Positions 1-13,666 of a stretch of 64,000 bases of DNA are shown here, in pieces. Positions within the stretch are counted from its first letter, which is position 1. The number at the start of each line of letters is the position of its first letter. Where the stretch lies: contig NC_043996.1 of the NCBI RefSeq assembly GCF_902150065.1, positions 24,796,745 through 24,860,744 on the forward strand, read 5' to 3'. Origin of the DNA: Myripristis murdjan (lineage: Eukaryota). The position numbers and the translations under genes were made by a program. The notes under the pieces were generated by a model. It made no database searches. It had not been told where the DNA came from and saw nothing but the letters and a program-made list of their open reading frames with translations.

Positions 1-1439
1 GATAATTTTCTCTGAAGTACTATATGTGTTTATCTGTGTATATTAAACTTTTTGTTTCTCATTTATTCTGTTGATTTGTTGAAAAATGGGCTATTCTTGT
101 TGATTTGATATAATATGTATCTACAGGGTTGCTGTGTGTGTTTGGATGTGGACAAACTGGCAGTTAACAGACGCTGTTTGGAGGTTATTTTACATTGTAA
201 AGGTCAAATTTTGTTGGTAGAAAAGTGAAATCCACCATGTAGCTCTTTGATGATATCATTTGCTTTAATGGGGCTCAGGCTAGGGTTCTCTCTCATAATC
301 CCTGCTCTCTAATTTAAAGCATGCCTGGCCCTATAATCCAACAGATTACCTCTTCCTTTCAGCTTTCACCATTATGACACCCACATCTTTGGCCATTTCA
401 GTTGCAGAAGCCAGTCTGATTTTTTTTTTCTTTTTTAAATTGCTGTTTACTCCAAAAAAAAAAAAAAAAAAAAAAAAGGATCAAAAATATTATAGGCTAC
501 TGTGGCTCTGAGAAGCTTACAGCCTCATTCTCCTGTGATCAGTCTTAATTTGTGTTTCTGCCCTCAAAGAGCTCAAAAACACACATAAGGACAGTTTGGC
601 TGCCAAAAAATGACATGTATCCTGCTGGAAAGGTGAATTCAAGTTGGACTAAACATGATGGACATTATCTACAACCAGAAAAACCTTATTGGCAGGCATG
701 CAGAGGAAAATACTTCTTGATTGATATTAAAATAAGTATTTGATAACTAATTTTATCACAAGTGTGATGCAGAAGTATGGAGGGACGTTCAGAGGATGGA
801 GGTCTGTTTAAAGATGCCCGACTACTACTGGGAAATTTTGTATTTTGTTTTGTTTTATGGTGTTTCTATCTGAATAATGCTATTTTCTTACTGAAGCAAT
901 AAAAATATACTTCTTTTTGGCTGGATCTACGGAATAATTTCTCCAAAAAAAAAATTATACAAAAATGTCATTCTAAAAAAGACTGATATATTACTCATGT
1001 TTATCAATCCCAATTTTTCAACAGATGAAACTTGAAACTAATTTGATTATTGTTTTGGCTAAATATGACTATCCATAAAATGATTTGGCTTTAAAAATTG
1101 CCCTCATCTTATATTTTTAAGATTACGATTTTAAAACACATTTGACACCTATTGAAAATATAAAACTTACAAATCATAAATCGGCAAACATTATTAAATT
1201 ACTCAGACATTTTAAATATTCTCCAATTATTTAGCAGCCCCTCAAGGTTTTTTGTTTGTTTGATTCTTTTCTTTTTTGTTTGTTTATTTTATTGTTTTTG
1301 TTGTTCATTATAACTTATTTTTATATTACTTTTACACCTAAGTATATTTACAGAATCTCCTCTAATGAAAAGTGTATGCAACATGTTTACTTCATGGGCT
1401 TGACCTGAATTTAATCAAATAAATAAAAAAAATAAAAAA

Positions 1440-1776
1440 TAAAAGCACAAATTTCCGGTGGTTTGCAGGGCGGACTCTTATTTTCCAAAAGGTGAGCGTG
1501 TTCACAAGTTACCACGCCACGCCGGTAGGTGGTGTTTTCCGCCCGCTGCATTAGTCAGCGCTAAGCCCCGCTCACTCGGTCGGCCCCAAATTTAAAATGC
1601 AGCGTCCGCGCTGACGACTGCGCCATCGTCGGTTGACGTTCCATTAGCTTCGTGGCTAAAAGAGAGCTAGCCCGCTTTTTGACTCCAGGACTGGACCACT
1701 GCTCTCCCCAAAGGACGACTTTACTAACAATTTGACCGATTTTACTGAAAGCAGCCCATTTTACTCTTAAAGGTCG
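1440..1776 (+). promoter_or_regulatory. hnrnpc: CpG-rich promoter plus non-coding first exon of the hnRNP C gene; splice donor GT at about 1777
   Basis: A CpG-dense block (cgccacgccgg, ccgcccgctgc, cgcgctgacgactgcgcc) lies about 4.3 kb upstream of the ATG exon. An 'aaag|gtcgtggtgagt' donor is present, followed by a long first intron that ends at the acceptor 'cctgccag' near 6107. Confidence 0.4.
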
Positions 1777-4638
1777 TGGTGAGTATTTTGTCTCCAGACA
1801 TTTTTCATTTTTGCCTTCCTTTTTTTCTTTGTTTTTGAGCTTTTGTTTTATTTTTTTATTTTTTTTTTTCAACGGTGCTTTTTTCTGTTTTGCCAGTGGA
1901 AAGAACGTAATGTGCTGGCTAGCGAGTTAGCTAAGCTAGCTAGCTAGCTTGCAGCTAACTGAACGGCGGACATGCTCATCCCCCCTGCAAACACCAACAT
2001 TAATGGCGATTTTCAGAAATACATCGGCTTGGACATCTTGTAGTAGCGATTTTCTTTTGAGGTTGTTTTTTTTTTTCAAGCTTTCCATTTTTTAGCAGCC
2101 ACTGAAAAGACTTTTTTTTTAATGGATGGGATTGTTTTTGGCACGCCTTTCAGCCACCCCGCTTGCTAGCCTTAGTTAACAACGTTAGCTGGCGGTTAAC
2201 GTTAGCGCTAGATTGTTTGTTATGAAATGCTCCAACCTGGTTCATTACTCATTGTAGTTTTTAAATACGATATGATGGACTCGATCATTTTAGTCAAGTC
2301 AGATGCTCTGAACACTCTGTTTTTTTATGCTTTTGAGTTGGTCTTTGGCTAGCTCGTCTAGCCGGCGGTGAGCCCAGAGGCTGACACAGGCCTGTGTTTC
2401 TCAGCGGACCTGCAGGTGGCGCTGTGGAGGCCTTGTGGAGCGGCCTGCTGCGCTGTGGATGACTTTAGGTCGTTTTTCATCCTCTGGTTCTGCTTCCTGG
2501 CTCAGTGAGCTCTCTTTTTCAAGAATAGGTTTTTTTCCCCCAGTGATTTTTTTCCTTTTCTCAATGTGGGAACTTTCGGACTGCCTGTGGCCTCAGTGAT
2601 GTCACATTCAAATATCACATCTCATTAAGTAATTAATTAAAGGTTTATATTCCTGAAAGAGCATGATGCGTTTTTATCTTGGCTGTTGTTGGATCCACAA
2701 ATTTGAGTCATTCCTTCATCTTCATGTCTGAGCTTGGAGGCTGTTGGCCTTATTGTTTCATTATGTAGATAGAAGCCATCATATTAAATCAGTCTTCACA
2801 TATTCTGGGGAAATAAGCAGTCGTAATGCATCCTGAGGAACAAATGGACACATCTTAGAAATGTTCCTCTTTGAATAGATCTGAAAGATGAGAAGTGCTG
2901 TCAAATGATTCTGTTCCTAATTTCCACAGACATTAAGTGCAGATGAACTGCAGAATTTAATCCATTAGACAAATCTTTGTAAATAATTAAGTTACCCAGT
3001 TATTGTCATATGCATATCACCTTTCCTTATCTTTAGCTGTAATTGCAAATTACAGTGAATAACTTTAGTATGAAGTTTATCATTTCACAATAAAGTCGTG
3101 GCAAACAGTTTCTTGAAGGCTATCCCTGTTGAATATAATTTTAAAGGAAAATAAACCGAATCATAATAAGTGTCTCAAGCTTTAATGATTAATGGGTGAT
3201 GTAAGATATCCAGTGTCTGATTTCTCCAAATTACCCCCCACACAGATACACACACAATTTCTCAGTCTAAAATGAATGAAAAACCCATGCCAAAACTGTA
3301 AACACATGGACTTGAGAAGCCCAATTTACACGAATTTGATTATGGAAGTGGTGTTTTCTGACTGATACATTTGTCAACTTGAATTTTATTCCCAGCATAT
3401 TAAAGAACCATCTAATTCTCTCTCTCACACACAATTGTGGCAAGAGGGCCCTTGAGTTAAACTGATGACTGCAAACATGGGAGGGATATTTTTCATCAAA
3501 ACATGGCTTACCTCATATTTCTCATTTAGTGCAGTTTTGTTTTGGATGCCTGTTAATTGTGTTGGTTAAGGATGATAAAAGGTCATGAATTTGATTAAAT
3601 GTAACAGTGTTGGCCAATTTGAGCTTATTTAAACGAATTTCTATCCATTTTGGATTTAGCAACAGTTCTCTTTGCAGGTCTTTTCGCATGCTTTGATTGG
3701 CCCAGCACACAGATTTTGAAGTCTTAAAAAGTGTAATGGTCCTATAGTAAATATCAAGACCAGTATTTTTGTTGTCCATCATACTAGTTCTGTCACTTCT
3801 CATAGCTTATATGTAATGGAACAAAAAATAGTGTTTGAGTTGGTGGTGCTTACACTCAAGACTGCAGTGGGTTTAGGTCAGTGTCCCAAAATAGCTAGTA
3901 GTGGTGGGATGTCGTGGAAGTGAATACGTCTTTGTGGAGCCGTCTTACTGTGTTTGCATCGTCACCCGACCCTGTACGCACTCCGACCAGGTAAGACTTG
4001 GTGCAAGATAACCCTGTACAGCTTGACTGAGGTGTGTTTTCTGTCACCTCAGTATAAATCACGAGGGGGCGAACATCAAGGTCAACTTTCTGAGAGTGTG
4101 CCGCTGTAGACCAAACTGACCCCCGCCCACAGTGTCAAACAGCAGACAGACGACATCCCTGCCTGCACACAAACGCTATGGAGTGAGTGATGACTATTCC
4201 AACCCTCTGTCAGCAGGGGTCACTGTTGATGCCTCTACTGTTTTCACTGTTGTTGCAGCAGGGCTCACTCCTGACTCCCTAAATGCACCTAGACCACTAG
4301 TTTTACTCAGCGTCTGTGTCTTTTCCTGGCCTCTTCCATTAAAGGAAGGATAGTGTGTGTGGTTTACAACATATATCCATCCTAGCACCCCAGTCTTAGT
4401 CTAGCAATCCAGACCAGAGAGGTACTTAGGAACTTAAACATAACTGCATGTATTTTAATCCTGACAAAGTGGAAATAAAACCCCCTAACCCTTGCAATGT
4501 TAGTGCCATACTTCACCCATTGAGTTAAACAGGACCCTAAACTCATTATACGCCACATATTAGGCCCAACACATATAGGATAAGTAAAGTCATAAGTCAC
4601 AGCATCAAATAACAGTATTACAGATCATAGCTCCTGTG

Positions 4639-4639
<1 letters not shown>

Positions 4640-4672
<33 letters not shown>
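4640..4672. repeat. (CA)n microsatellite
   Basis: Seen directly in the sequence. Confidence 0.95.
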
Positions 4673-4675
<3 letters not shown>

Positions 4676-6055
4676 TGGGAGTGCAGGAACTGATATTTGC
4701 TGTTGCAGGAGACTTAACTTGAGGTTCTTCCCAAGGTTCTCACAGGCCTTTAAAATCCTTGAAGGCTTTTGAGGGAAAACAAGGCCTTGAAAGGTTTTGA
4801 AAATTAATGGATGGCTTGAATCATTTTATTTACTTATTTGGATATACATTTAGCAGCAACACTCATTAATGTGCCTCATTTTCCTGGACTTCTCTGTTTG
4901 GATCAACACTGTCCTGAGAAAAACTGATGGGCATTTGTGTTGGAAATGGTTTTACAATGAGGCTAATGATTTCAGTGATTTCTTGACAAGATCACGAGTT
5001 TAAGTAAAAGACATCTGTCAGGCCTATTTAATATACCAAATAACACTGAAACAAGACCTTTTTATAAATCACTGAAATGTCTTTGAAGTTTTTGTCTAGG
5101 TGACTGTGGGAAACCTTTTATTTGTATGCATTGTGATTTTTGGTTTTGGTGTAAGGCCTTGCATGGTCTAATCTCTCTCCCAGTGACTCTCTTTCCTGTG
5201 TTATACAGTGTAGCATACCATATTGTGCTACAATGAATTGGACAAAATCCACTGCATCGAGCGTAGCGTGTCCTTGAAAACAGCAACTACACAAATCATG
5301 TGCTGTTAAATTTGGACTGCAAGGTTTTAATTTACTTCTTAGTAACTGCAGAAACACATCACTTAAATCCAGCAGCAGAAAATTGCCAGTAAAAGGGGAA
5401 GACTGCAATTGTAATGCATTGTGTCCACGTGTGGCGGTTGTACCTGGAGGTGGGAAAATGTTTTGGTGCTAGAACCAGGATTTGATCCCAAATAAACTGT
5501 ATGATCAGCAGCCGTTGCGGCATGCTGTAGTTTTAAGTGGCATTTTATCATGGATGCTTATGTTACAATGTCTAACCTAATTTGACTGCTGTCACCCAGT
5601 TTTTTGGGTTGAGTAATTAGATGAGATGAGTTTTTGGTGACATTTTTTTCTCATCAGTGGGGACATTTATACAGTTTTCATTCAGATCATGGGTGTTGAA
5701 TGAATGGGAAACTGTCATGCAGCCAAACTTTTGTACCAGTAACAGAAGGAGAGATAAATATTCTTGGACTATATTAAGAGGGCATCCAAATTCAGGCTGT
5801 TGTGGACACATGCCACCTGTTAATCGAAGAATAAAACACTATAATGAGCTTAAAGCTACAGCCCTTTCCTAGTCAGTCACTGTCCCCAGTGCTTAATGTT
5901 TTCAACTTTTATTTAATGTTTGAATGATTTAGTTTTCCAAGGAAAGCTTGGATCATGCACACTTAAACCCATCAGTGCCTTGCTTCACGCTCATCCTACA
6001 TGCACTTACAAGTGGGAACATCCCGGGGCACTACAAGTGTATTTTTGTAGGGTGA

Positions 6056-6397
<342 letters not shown>

Positions 6398-7090
6398 TGA
6401 ACTGAGTGATGGTTATTGGAATTAGATTTTATCGATTTACTATTATTTAGATTTTAATACTTTTACATTAGGTAATCGTTGTTGCTGACCATATTTGTAA
6501 TCAAGTTTATGTTTTGCTTATTGAAAGCTTAATTATATTAATATACTTAGAAACTTTGAAGTGGAAGGACCATGCAATCTGCATTAAGGTGAACTGACGT
6601 AATACACGAAAAGGAAATAAAACTCAGAATAAAATAAAATTCAGTAAAGACATGGCAGAAGAAATGCATTTTTTATTTTATTTAATTAATCTATTTATTT
6701 ATTCTTTTTTGCTGTAGTTATTCTATTATTTGCCCCCTCCTGTTTGGTCATCATATCCATTATTACTAATGATTGTCTATCAGAAATATCTTGTGTGTAA
6801 ATATCTTAGGAAAGCACAGATAGTTGTCCCTACAGTATTGCCATGATATTCATAATCAAGGTATTTTATCAAAGATATTCTGATATTTAATTTTGCCCAT
6901 ATGAACCAGCCCTAACTCCTAGGATTATCAGTCTAATCCTGTAGTTTGAAATAATTACAAAATGATTCTTTAATGACTGGATGCACGTACCATTTCAGGA
7001 CGAAAGAATTACACATTCTAAAGAAGGTCCAGTTCCTGAAGTGATTGAATCTAAAATCTTGGCTTTCCCTGTGTTCCCCTGCTCTTCATT

Positions 7091-7165
7091 AGACATCAAC
7101 CTGGCTGGAGAACCCAAACCACACAGGTCAAAGACGACCAAGCGCTCAGCCGGAGACATGTACAG
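7091..7165 (+). CDS. hnrnpc: hnRNP C coding exon (DINLAGEPKPHRSKTTKRSAGDMY)
   Basis: Acceptor 'ttcattag'; donor 'tacag|gtcagt'. In frame with the previous exon (G|AC gives D). Confidence 0.85.
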
Positions 7166-7390
7166 GTCAGTCAGCAGCATGATGATGATGCCATGCCAAT
7201 CTGATCATTGCTGGTTTTAGACAGCACTTCAAAATTGGTACAAAGAGCTTTAGCCAAAGTTGAAGGAAACATGAAAGTTTTAAGTAAATATGCAAAAATG
7301 TGTTTTGAAAGAGAGAAAATCTTGGAAATAAAGTTTTGATCTGTCATTGCCCTTCCTTTATACTGGTTATGTTATTTTTCTCCTGGACAG

Positions 7391-7441
7391 CAGTTCCTCA
7401 TTTGACCTTGACTATGACTTTCAGAGAGATTACTACGACAG
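7391..7441 (+). CDS. hnrnpc: hnRNP C coding exon (SSSFDLDYDFQRDYYDR)
   Basis: Acceptor 'ctggacag'; donor 'gacag|gtgagt'. The motif SSFDLDYDFQRDYYDR is conserved in HNRNPC. Confidence 0.85.
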
Positions 7442-7890
7442 GTGAGTAGAATGATCTCTTTGTCTCTCTTTTGAATTATTTGTCCTGCAATCCTTTTGGC
7501 AATAAAACATCTACAAATGATTTTTTTTTGTATAACTTGGATGACAGATTCAAGAGCATGTAACACATGTTGTCAGAGTGATAATTTAATTTTTGAAATG
7601 ATGACAAGTGTGCTTCATCAACGAGTCAGTGCTGACTCAGTCACATCTCTGAAGGCATTAAATAGCAGAACACATCAGCTTGTTGTACCTCATGTGGCCA
7701 GAATGAACTTTTTTAAAATATGGAATAAAAAGCAAGCAATAGAAAAATGAGTAATTTTTGTTGCCGTGCCATTAAATCTCATTTTAAAATGAAAAGCAGC
7801 ATATAGACCATGGCTCTGTATTCTGTTGTATTCAAGTCTCGACCAAAGTCACTCAATAAGTTTGTACTGATCTGCTGTTTTTGATACCAG

Positions 7891-8063
7891 AGTGTACTCG
7901 TACCCATCCCGCGTGCCCCCTCCCCCTCCTCCCCTGTCGCGGGCCGTGATCCCGTCCAAGCGCCCGCGGGTCAGCATCAGTGGCGGAGGAGGCAGCCGAC
8001 GCACCAAGACCAGCTTCTCCTCCTCCTCCAAGAGCAGCCAGAGGACCTCCTCATCCAGAACAA
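7891..8063 (+). CDS. hnrnpc: hnRNP C coding exon (VYSYPSRVPPPPPPLSRAVIPSKRPRVS...; Pro-rich, nuclear-localisation region)
   Basis: Acceptor 'gataccag'; donor 'aacaa|gtcagtg'. Matches the HNRNPC segment [27 protein letters not shown]. Confidence 0.85.
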
Positions 8064-8621
8064 GTCAGTGTCACAGTTATCAACAGTTCACAGTACAAAA
8101 TTAGATTCACGGTGACACCTTGGGGGTAACTGGGTTATTGTAGCAACAAAGGAATAGATTCTGCAGTGGCCCAAAAAAATGAAATCAGTAGATCAAAAAT
8201 AAATAGCTGACACAATGGAAATAACACAGTAAAGTAGAATATATAAGAGTTGTGATGTTGCATAAACAAGAGTTTCAGCATGTAGACTGTTTGGATGGGA
8301 TATATGGCCAGGATATGGGTTGCTTCCTTAGATGATTTAAACTACAGTTTCAGATTTAATGACCAAACACACACATTGTGCACATTGTGTGCAGCAGAGG
8401 CTGAGTGATCCTAAAATGTTGGAAACAACACAATATAGCACTTTCCTGTGCCTGCTCTGTGTTATTGATTATACCGAACTGGATGGTGAAGAGACAGTGT
8501 GTAACCAAATCGCTGCAGTCACCCCCAGCTTGGTCCTATGTTTATTTGGTAGATGCTGTGTGTGTTCAAGCTGTATTTTTATCATTTAGAGATATGCTTT
8601 GTCTCAGTCTCTTAAACATAA

Positions 8622-8825
<204 letters not shown>

Positions 8826-9049
8826 TAACGCAGAAAACAACATCTAGCGCTCTCTGTTGGTTGTTCACGGGGCTTTTCTCACAGGGTTTTGAACACAATC
8901 ACAAGAGAGATTTGAAGACATTACTTTCCTTCTTGTGTTGCAACAGTTGATGCCAGTGCACTGTTAAGTGTTTTCCTCTGGGAATTTCTTCAAGTTCCCC
9001 CGTTTAAGATTTTTTTTTTTTTTTTTTACCCCTGTGCTGTCTTGTTCAG

Positions 9050-9213
9050 CAGAAGCGAAAAATGTGAAGACGGAGCCAGGAGAGGTGACGTCGCCCCAGC
9101 ACCCCAGCAGCAAGAAGGAGGAAGGGCTGAAGAGAGAGAGGGAGAGCCAGGAGCTCAACGACTCTGAAGAGGAGGAAGAAGAGGAGGGAGACCTGCTGGA
9201 GGAAGAGGAGGAG
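9050..9213 (+). CDS. hnrnpc: hnRNP C coding exon (acidic region: ...SQELNDSEEEEEEEGDLLEEEEE)
   Basis: Acceptor 'cttgttcag'; donor 'gaggag|gtgagac'. Matches the HNRNPC acidic domain (AEEGDLLDDDD). Confidence 0.8.
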
Positions 9214-9772
9214 GTGAGACAGAAAAACTGACAATGTAGAGATGAGAAGGGACTAACTTGGAACAGGGCTGCCCGAACTACAAACCACTGGCAGATTTTA
9301 ACCACCTGTAAAATTGTTTTGACCTTTCAGAGGGTGTCAGGGAGTTTGACCCCCCCAAAATTTGAAGGCTGATAATGGCCACTCTTTTTAAAACTAAAAT
9401 AAATATTAACAATGACAAGAATTCAATGTTTCATTGTTTAGTAAACTCCTGATGATTTCCTTCATGCATTTTTAAGTGTTCCAGATCAACCGAATTAACT
9501 TTATACTTGTCATACATGAAGAGAAATCCAAGAAAATCCTTTTACTTATTATCCCAAGTTCTGTGGGAAAAAAAAAAAAGGACTTAAATTTGATTAAAAT
9601 TTGTCTTAAAAGCATGAAATTGAACTTGGTGATACCTGTAGACAGCCTGTATGTAAATAAATGTTTTTTATTCCATGCACCTCACTGCAGTTTGAATGCT
9701 CCTTTCTTTCTACCAGTCACCTCTACTTGATAATGATCTGTCGCTTTTTCCAATGCTTATCTAATTCTTCAG

Positions 9773-9883
9773 GTGAAGAGTCAAGAGAGGGAGGAGGAAG
9801 AGGAAGAAGAGGAGGAGGAGGAAGGGGAACATGTGGAGGGTGATGATGAAGGCGACAGCGTCAACGGTGAAGAGGACTCCTAG
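9773..9883 (+). CDS. hnrnpc: hnRNP C terminal coding exon (VKSQEREEEEEEEEEEEGEHVEGDDEGDSVNGEEDS*), stop TAG 9881-9883
   Basis: Acceptor 'ttcttcag'. The C-terminus DSVNGEEDS* matches the HNRNPC end DSANGEDDS*. It contains a coding (GAG/GAA)n tract. Confidence 0.8.
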   Translation: MKSQEREEEEEEEEEEEGEHVEGDDEGDSVNGEEDS

Positions 9884-10412
9884 ATACTGAACGGACAGAC
9901 GTGTCGCGGCATCCACACGGCTTCCAGTGGGAACTTGGACTCCTGTTTTAATACCCACATCGCGGATACACTAGCGCAGCAAACACATGCGCGCGCGCAC
10001 ACACACACAAGCATGGCGTACCGTACCCCACACGTGATCCATTGTCCAGCACATCATTTGATTGGCCCGTTTTTCATTTTTAGTTGTGTTGTCGTTTTTC
10101 TTTTCCCGGATGTATCAATGGAACAGGAATAGGTAGCTGTAGGTTTATTTCTGCTTTTACTGAGCTGTTTTTTGTCTTCTGTCCAGCAGAAGGCAGGAAC
10201 ATGGACACTAATCTTCTCAGAGAGACCACAGCTTGAAATGTCTTAATGCAATTATGATGGTGATGATGATATTTCAGCCACAAAAGACTGGTAATGTTTT
10301 TAAGTTTGTATTTTTTTCTAGGATGTGAAGTTTGTTTGACCTTGTGTGTTCAATATTTTCATGTCACTGTTTTTTATACTATTCAGTTTCTCTTCAACTG
10401 TAAAGAATTAAA

Positions 10413-10418
10413 TTGCAA
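10413..10418 (+). other. hnrnpc: Candidate polyadenylation signal AATAAA in the hnrnpc 3' UTR
   Basis: 'gcaataaaatattaaa' lies about 530 nt after the stop and is followed by a T-rich tract. Confidence 0.3.
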
Positions 10419-12082
10419 TAAAATATTAAAATTGGACATGTTTTGTTTTGTTTTGTTTTGTTTTGTTTTGTTTTGCTTTTTTTTTTTTTTTTTTTTCCAG
10501 GAATTATGCAGCGTAATTCGGAGGGAATGTATTTCCGTAAGTTGAAACAGAGATGGAACTGATATCATTGATGAATTGACAGTCACTCAGTTTCCTAGTC
10601 CACTGCCAACCCAGTTTTACTGGCTTGTTTTTTTAATAATAGCACTTCCTCCTTCCTGACGGTTTCAGTCAAATAGCGCAGAGAGAATCCATGGGAACTG
10701 TGCACCTTCAGTTTATATTTCAACACATAGCTATGACTAAATGTGTTGTCTGTAATAAGTGACACTCGTAGTTGGTGCATTTTTATGACAAGAATAGATG
10801 TAATAAATGACAGATGCTCTTTGGTTTTCCTCTCCTGCACTGAGGGTCATAGGTTGGTGGTAACTATGTAACTGGTTTGAAAGCCAGGTGGGACAACTTT
10901 TTTTTTTTTAAACAAAGCTGTTTTTTTACAACTTCACATGACTTGAGGGCAGACCAGCTATCTAGCCTAGATATGATATACCTCCTGTGAGTAGATGTCG
11001 ATATTCGGCTGCATTTTTATACTTGTGTGCGGTATCTTAACAGCACAAGATGGGTGTTTTTGCTCTAGCTGTGAAAGGGGAGGATCCAAAGTTTATTTTA
11101 ACTGGTAATCTCAGTAATCTGGCACCTTAGTAACCAGTCCAGCCCACAGGGATGGACATCTGTTCAGTCATTCGGCACCAGTCAGACCTGCCTCAGCTTG
11201 TCAAGGCCTTACTGAATAGTTGACTAATTAAACTGTGCCAGCCGAGAACTGAGCAAATGTGCAATCAGCGAGTCATGCCGAAAAGGTTCATGAGCTTTAA
11301 GTGTGGTGGTTCAGTTGGCCACTGTGGTTTTGTGGTGCATTTAAGGTTGAAGTGAGTGGGTGTACAATGTGACGCTAAAAAAAAAAAAAAAAAAACACCT
11401 CATTACGGACACAGAGGTTTTCTTTTTCAGCTTTATTTTTCAACTTTATTGAACAGTAGCATTTACTAAGTTTTCACTGGCTGAGGACTTAACCCTCACA
11501 ACACAGATTTTGCTTTCACATCAACTGCATAATGTAGTTGCCAATCACTCATCTTGTGATGACTTCATAGTATTTATTGCCTATAAATACTCTGGCAGTG
11601 GGGAAGGGTTTCCCAAAAGCAGTTTAAGTGTCACATCACCTCGGTGGTTTTGAAAGTTAAGGTCTATTGCCTGTCAAGATTTTTCATAAGAATCCATCTC
11701 AGAACCAGTCTGAACCAGATCTGACAGAAAACACCGTCTGAAAGTTGGAGATTTGGCATCCAGTGACAGAAGAGGACCAAACTGACCAATACTTTTCTGT
11801 CTGAATCTAAAACTAAAAACTAAAACTAAAATCATTAAAAGTCTCTGTAAATGACATCTGACCCCAGGTTTACTCTGAGCTTCTCTGAATTAGCTACAGT
11901 TTTGATGCTGTTCATGACACTAGCCTATAGTGTAATACAAAAGACATTGTTCAGCATGTCTCAATAACCTACAATAAAAATTAGATATTTGACACTTATT
12001 AATTTCTGATACTGAGTCGGTCAGCACTGATTCCGATGCAACTGACTTCACTGTATCCTCGTCACAGCGCCCCTGGTGTCTC

Positions 12083-12135
12083 TCAGACTCTCTGCATGGC
12101 GGTGCAGATGAGGATACCCAGCAGGAGGAGCACAG
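12083..12135 (-). CDS. DOMON-domain protein terminal exon (AVLLLLGILICTAMQRV*; hydrophobic transmembrane or GPI-anchor signal plus stop)
   Basis: Acceptor 'tctcccag'. A 17-codon hydrophobic C-terminus ends in TGA (12085-12083). Confidence 0.5.
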
Positions 12136-12731
12136 CTGGGAGAGAAAGAAAAGACGCACTGAATGGAAACGGCCTCTTTCTTTAACCTGCGTCCAATATC
12201 TTGATTCTCCATCTTTAAGCATGAATTAAGACGTGAAAGTTGGAGTATATTTAATCAGTGATAAGATTTTATCAGTGTTGTAACTCTGGTAAAGACTGTC
12301 CTGTAACTGAAAGGTCACAGGTTCAGTCCCTGCAACAGTTTTGCACACAAAACTGCATGTTGGCATTAGTATTGATTTACGGGAAGATATCAGATATTGG
12401 TGTTGGCCTAAACATTCCAAAAAATATATATCAGAGCATTCCTACAACCTAGAATTGAATCAATAAAGACAACCGCATGACATTTATATTGCTTATAGTG
12501 CCTGTGGTGCCATGACAGCAAATATGCAATAACAAAAAGGATCATTTTCAACCAATCAAATTAAAGCTCTAAGAAAGAAAACATGCTTTGGTTGCTTGTC
12601 ATCGCTTGAGCAACCATATATCGTTTATAGCTGATGGTTATATTTATAGTTATTGTTCTGGGTGTGAATGGGCCCAGGAAATGGGTGTGTAACTGTGCAT
12701 CTGCAGGGTCTTGTGTGACGGTGCGGTTTAC

Positions 12732-12866
12732 CATGAGGCTGGAAGGCGGCTCCTCCAGACATGCCCTGCGTGGTGGTGGGTGCCGTTGTGGTGGGGATGT
12801 TGCTGGCCGGGTCGGCCAAGTTCAGACGACCCGCTTTCAGGATGAAGTTGATGTTTCCAATAGTAG
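12732..12866 (-). CDS. DOMON-domain protein exon 5 (TIGNINFILKAGRLNLADPASNIPTTTAPTTTQGMSGGAAFQPH; Thr-rich stalk)
   Basis: Acceptor 'tcccccag'; donor 'catg|gtaaac'. The exon is 135 nt and keeps the reading frame open. Confidence 0.5.
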
Positions 12867-13423
12867 CTGGGGGACAAAACAACACACACAACAGCGGGAA
12901 CATGTAAAGTTTCTCTTTAAGGGTGTGTTGGCGTATCCACTTAAAGGCACAGTTCACCCAAACCATACAAAAAAAGACATTCTCTCTATTCACTCCACAA
13001 GAACACTGACAAAATTTATCTGCCCGCTCCGAATTCATGAATACTCCTTCAGGGTGGATCGATACAGCTTGCCAATGTACTTCGGCAGCAAATAGTTCCC
13101 CAAAAATCTTGTCTAACCAGACAGCTGTGGATTATTCCAGGATCCATGTCACTGCTCTTGAAAAGACTTGTTGCTGTTGTGTTTTTCACATGTAAATTTT
13201 TGATGATTTCAGCTAAATAAAGCTACACCCCTCCAGCATCATGATACTGGGGTGACAGTAAAGAGGGAAGACCTCACCAAATCTAAAGTATGCGGATGGA
13301 TAGGCCGCACTGAGGAAAACAGATTTGTTATTTTGAGTGAACTGTGCCTTTACAGTCAAAATGAAACAGTGGGCATCTCATTGTTACTGTTACAGCATGT
13401 GTTGTCGTTAACATTGGAGCCTA

Positions 13424-13457
13424 ACCCTAACCCTAACCCTAACCCTAAGCCTGCCGT
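13424..13457. repeat. Interstitial telomeric repeat (CCCTAA)5, equivalent to (TTAGGG)n on the minus strand
   Basis: 'gcctaaccctaaccctaaccctaaccctaagcct' lies inside an intron of the DOMON gene. Confidence 0.9.
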
Positions 13458-13666
13458 GGGATCAGTCTGGCCTCAGGTGTGCAGATTTTGAGGTCATTTA
13501 TTTGATTCAGTCAGTTTGTTTGTGTGTTTTGTTTTATTTTTATTCAGGTGTTTTGGTCGACATATAGCCAATGATGGGTGTTTGGGGAGCAGCTAATTCT
13601 CCACATGCCCTCCTACCTCCCCTTCGCCAGAGAAAATGATGTTATTGATCAAAAATGGCCACGTAC

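Noticed and set aside
4380-4620. AT-rich segment that superficially resembles mitochondrial or SINE sequence ('ccattgagttaaacaggaccctaaactcattatacgccacatattaggcc')
   Set aside because: I could not identify a tRNA-like head, target-site duplications or terminal repeats by eye. It needs a repeat-library search before any call.
12634-13095. 153-aa plus-strand ORF opposite DOMON exon 5
   Set aside because: It is antisense to a well-supported spliced exon, and its frame runs through the intron/exon boundaries of the real gene.
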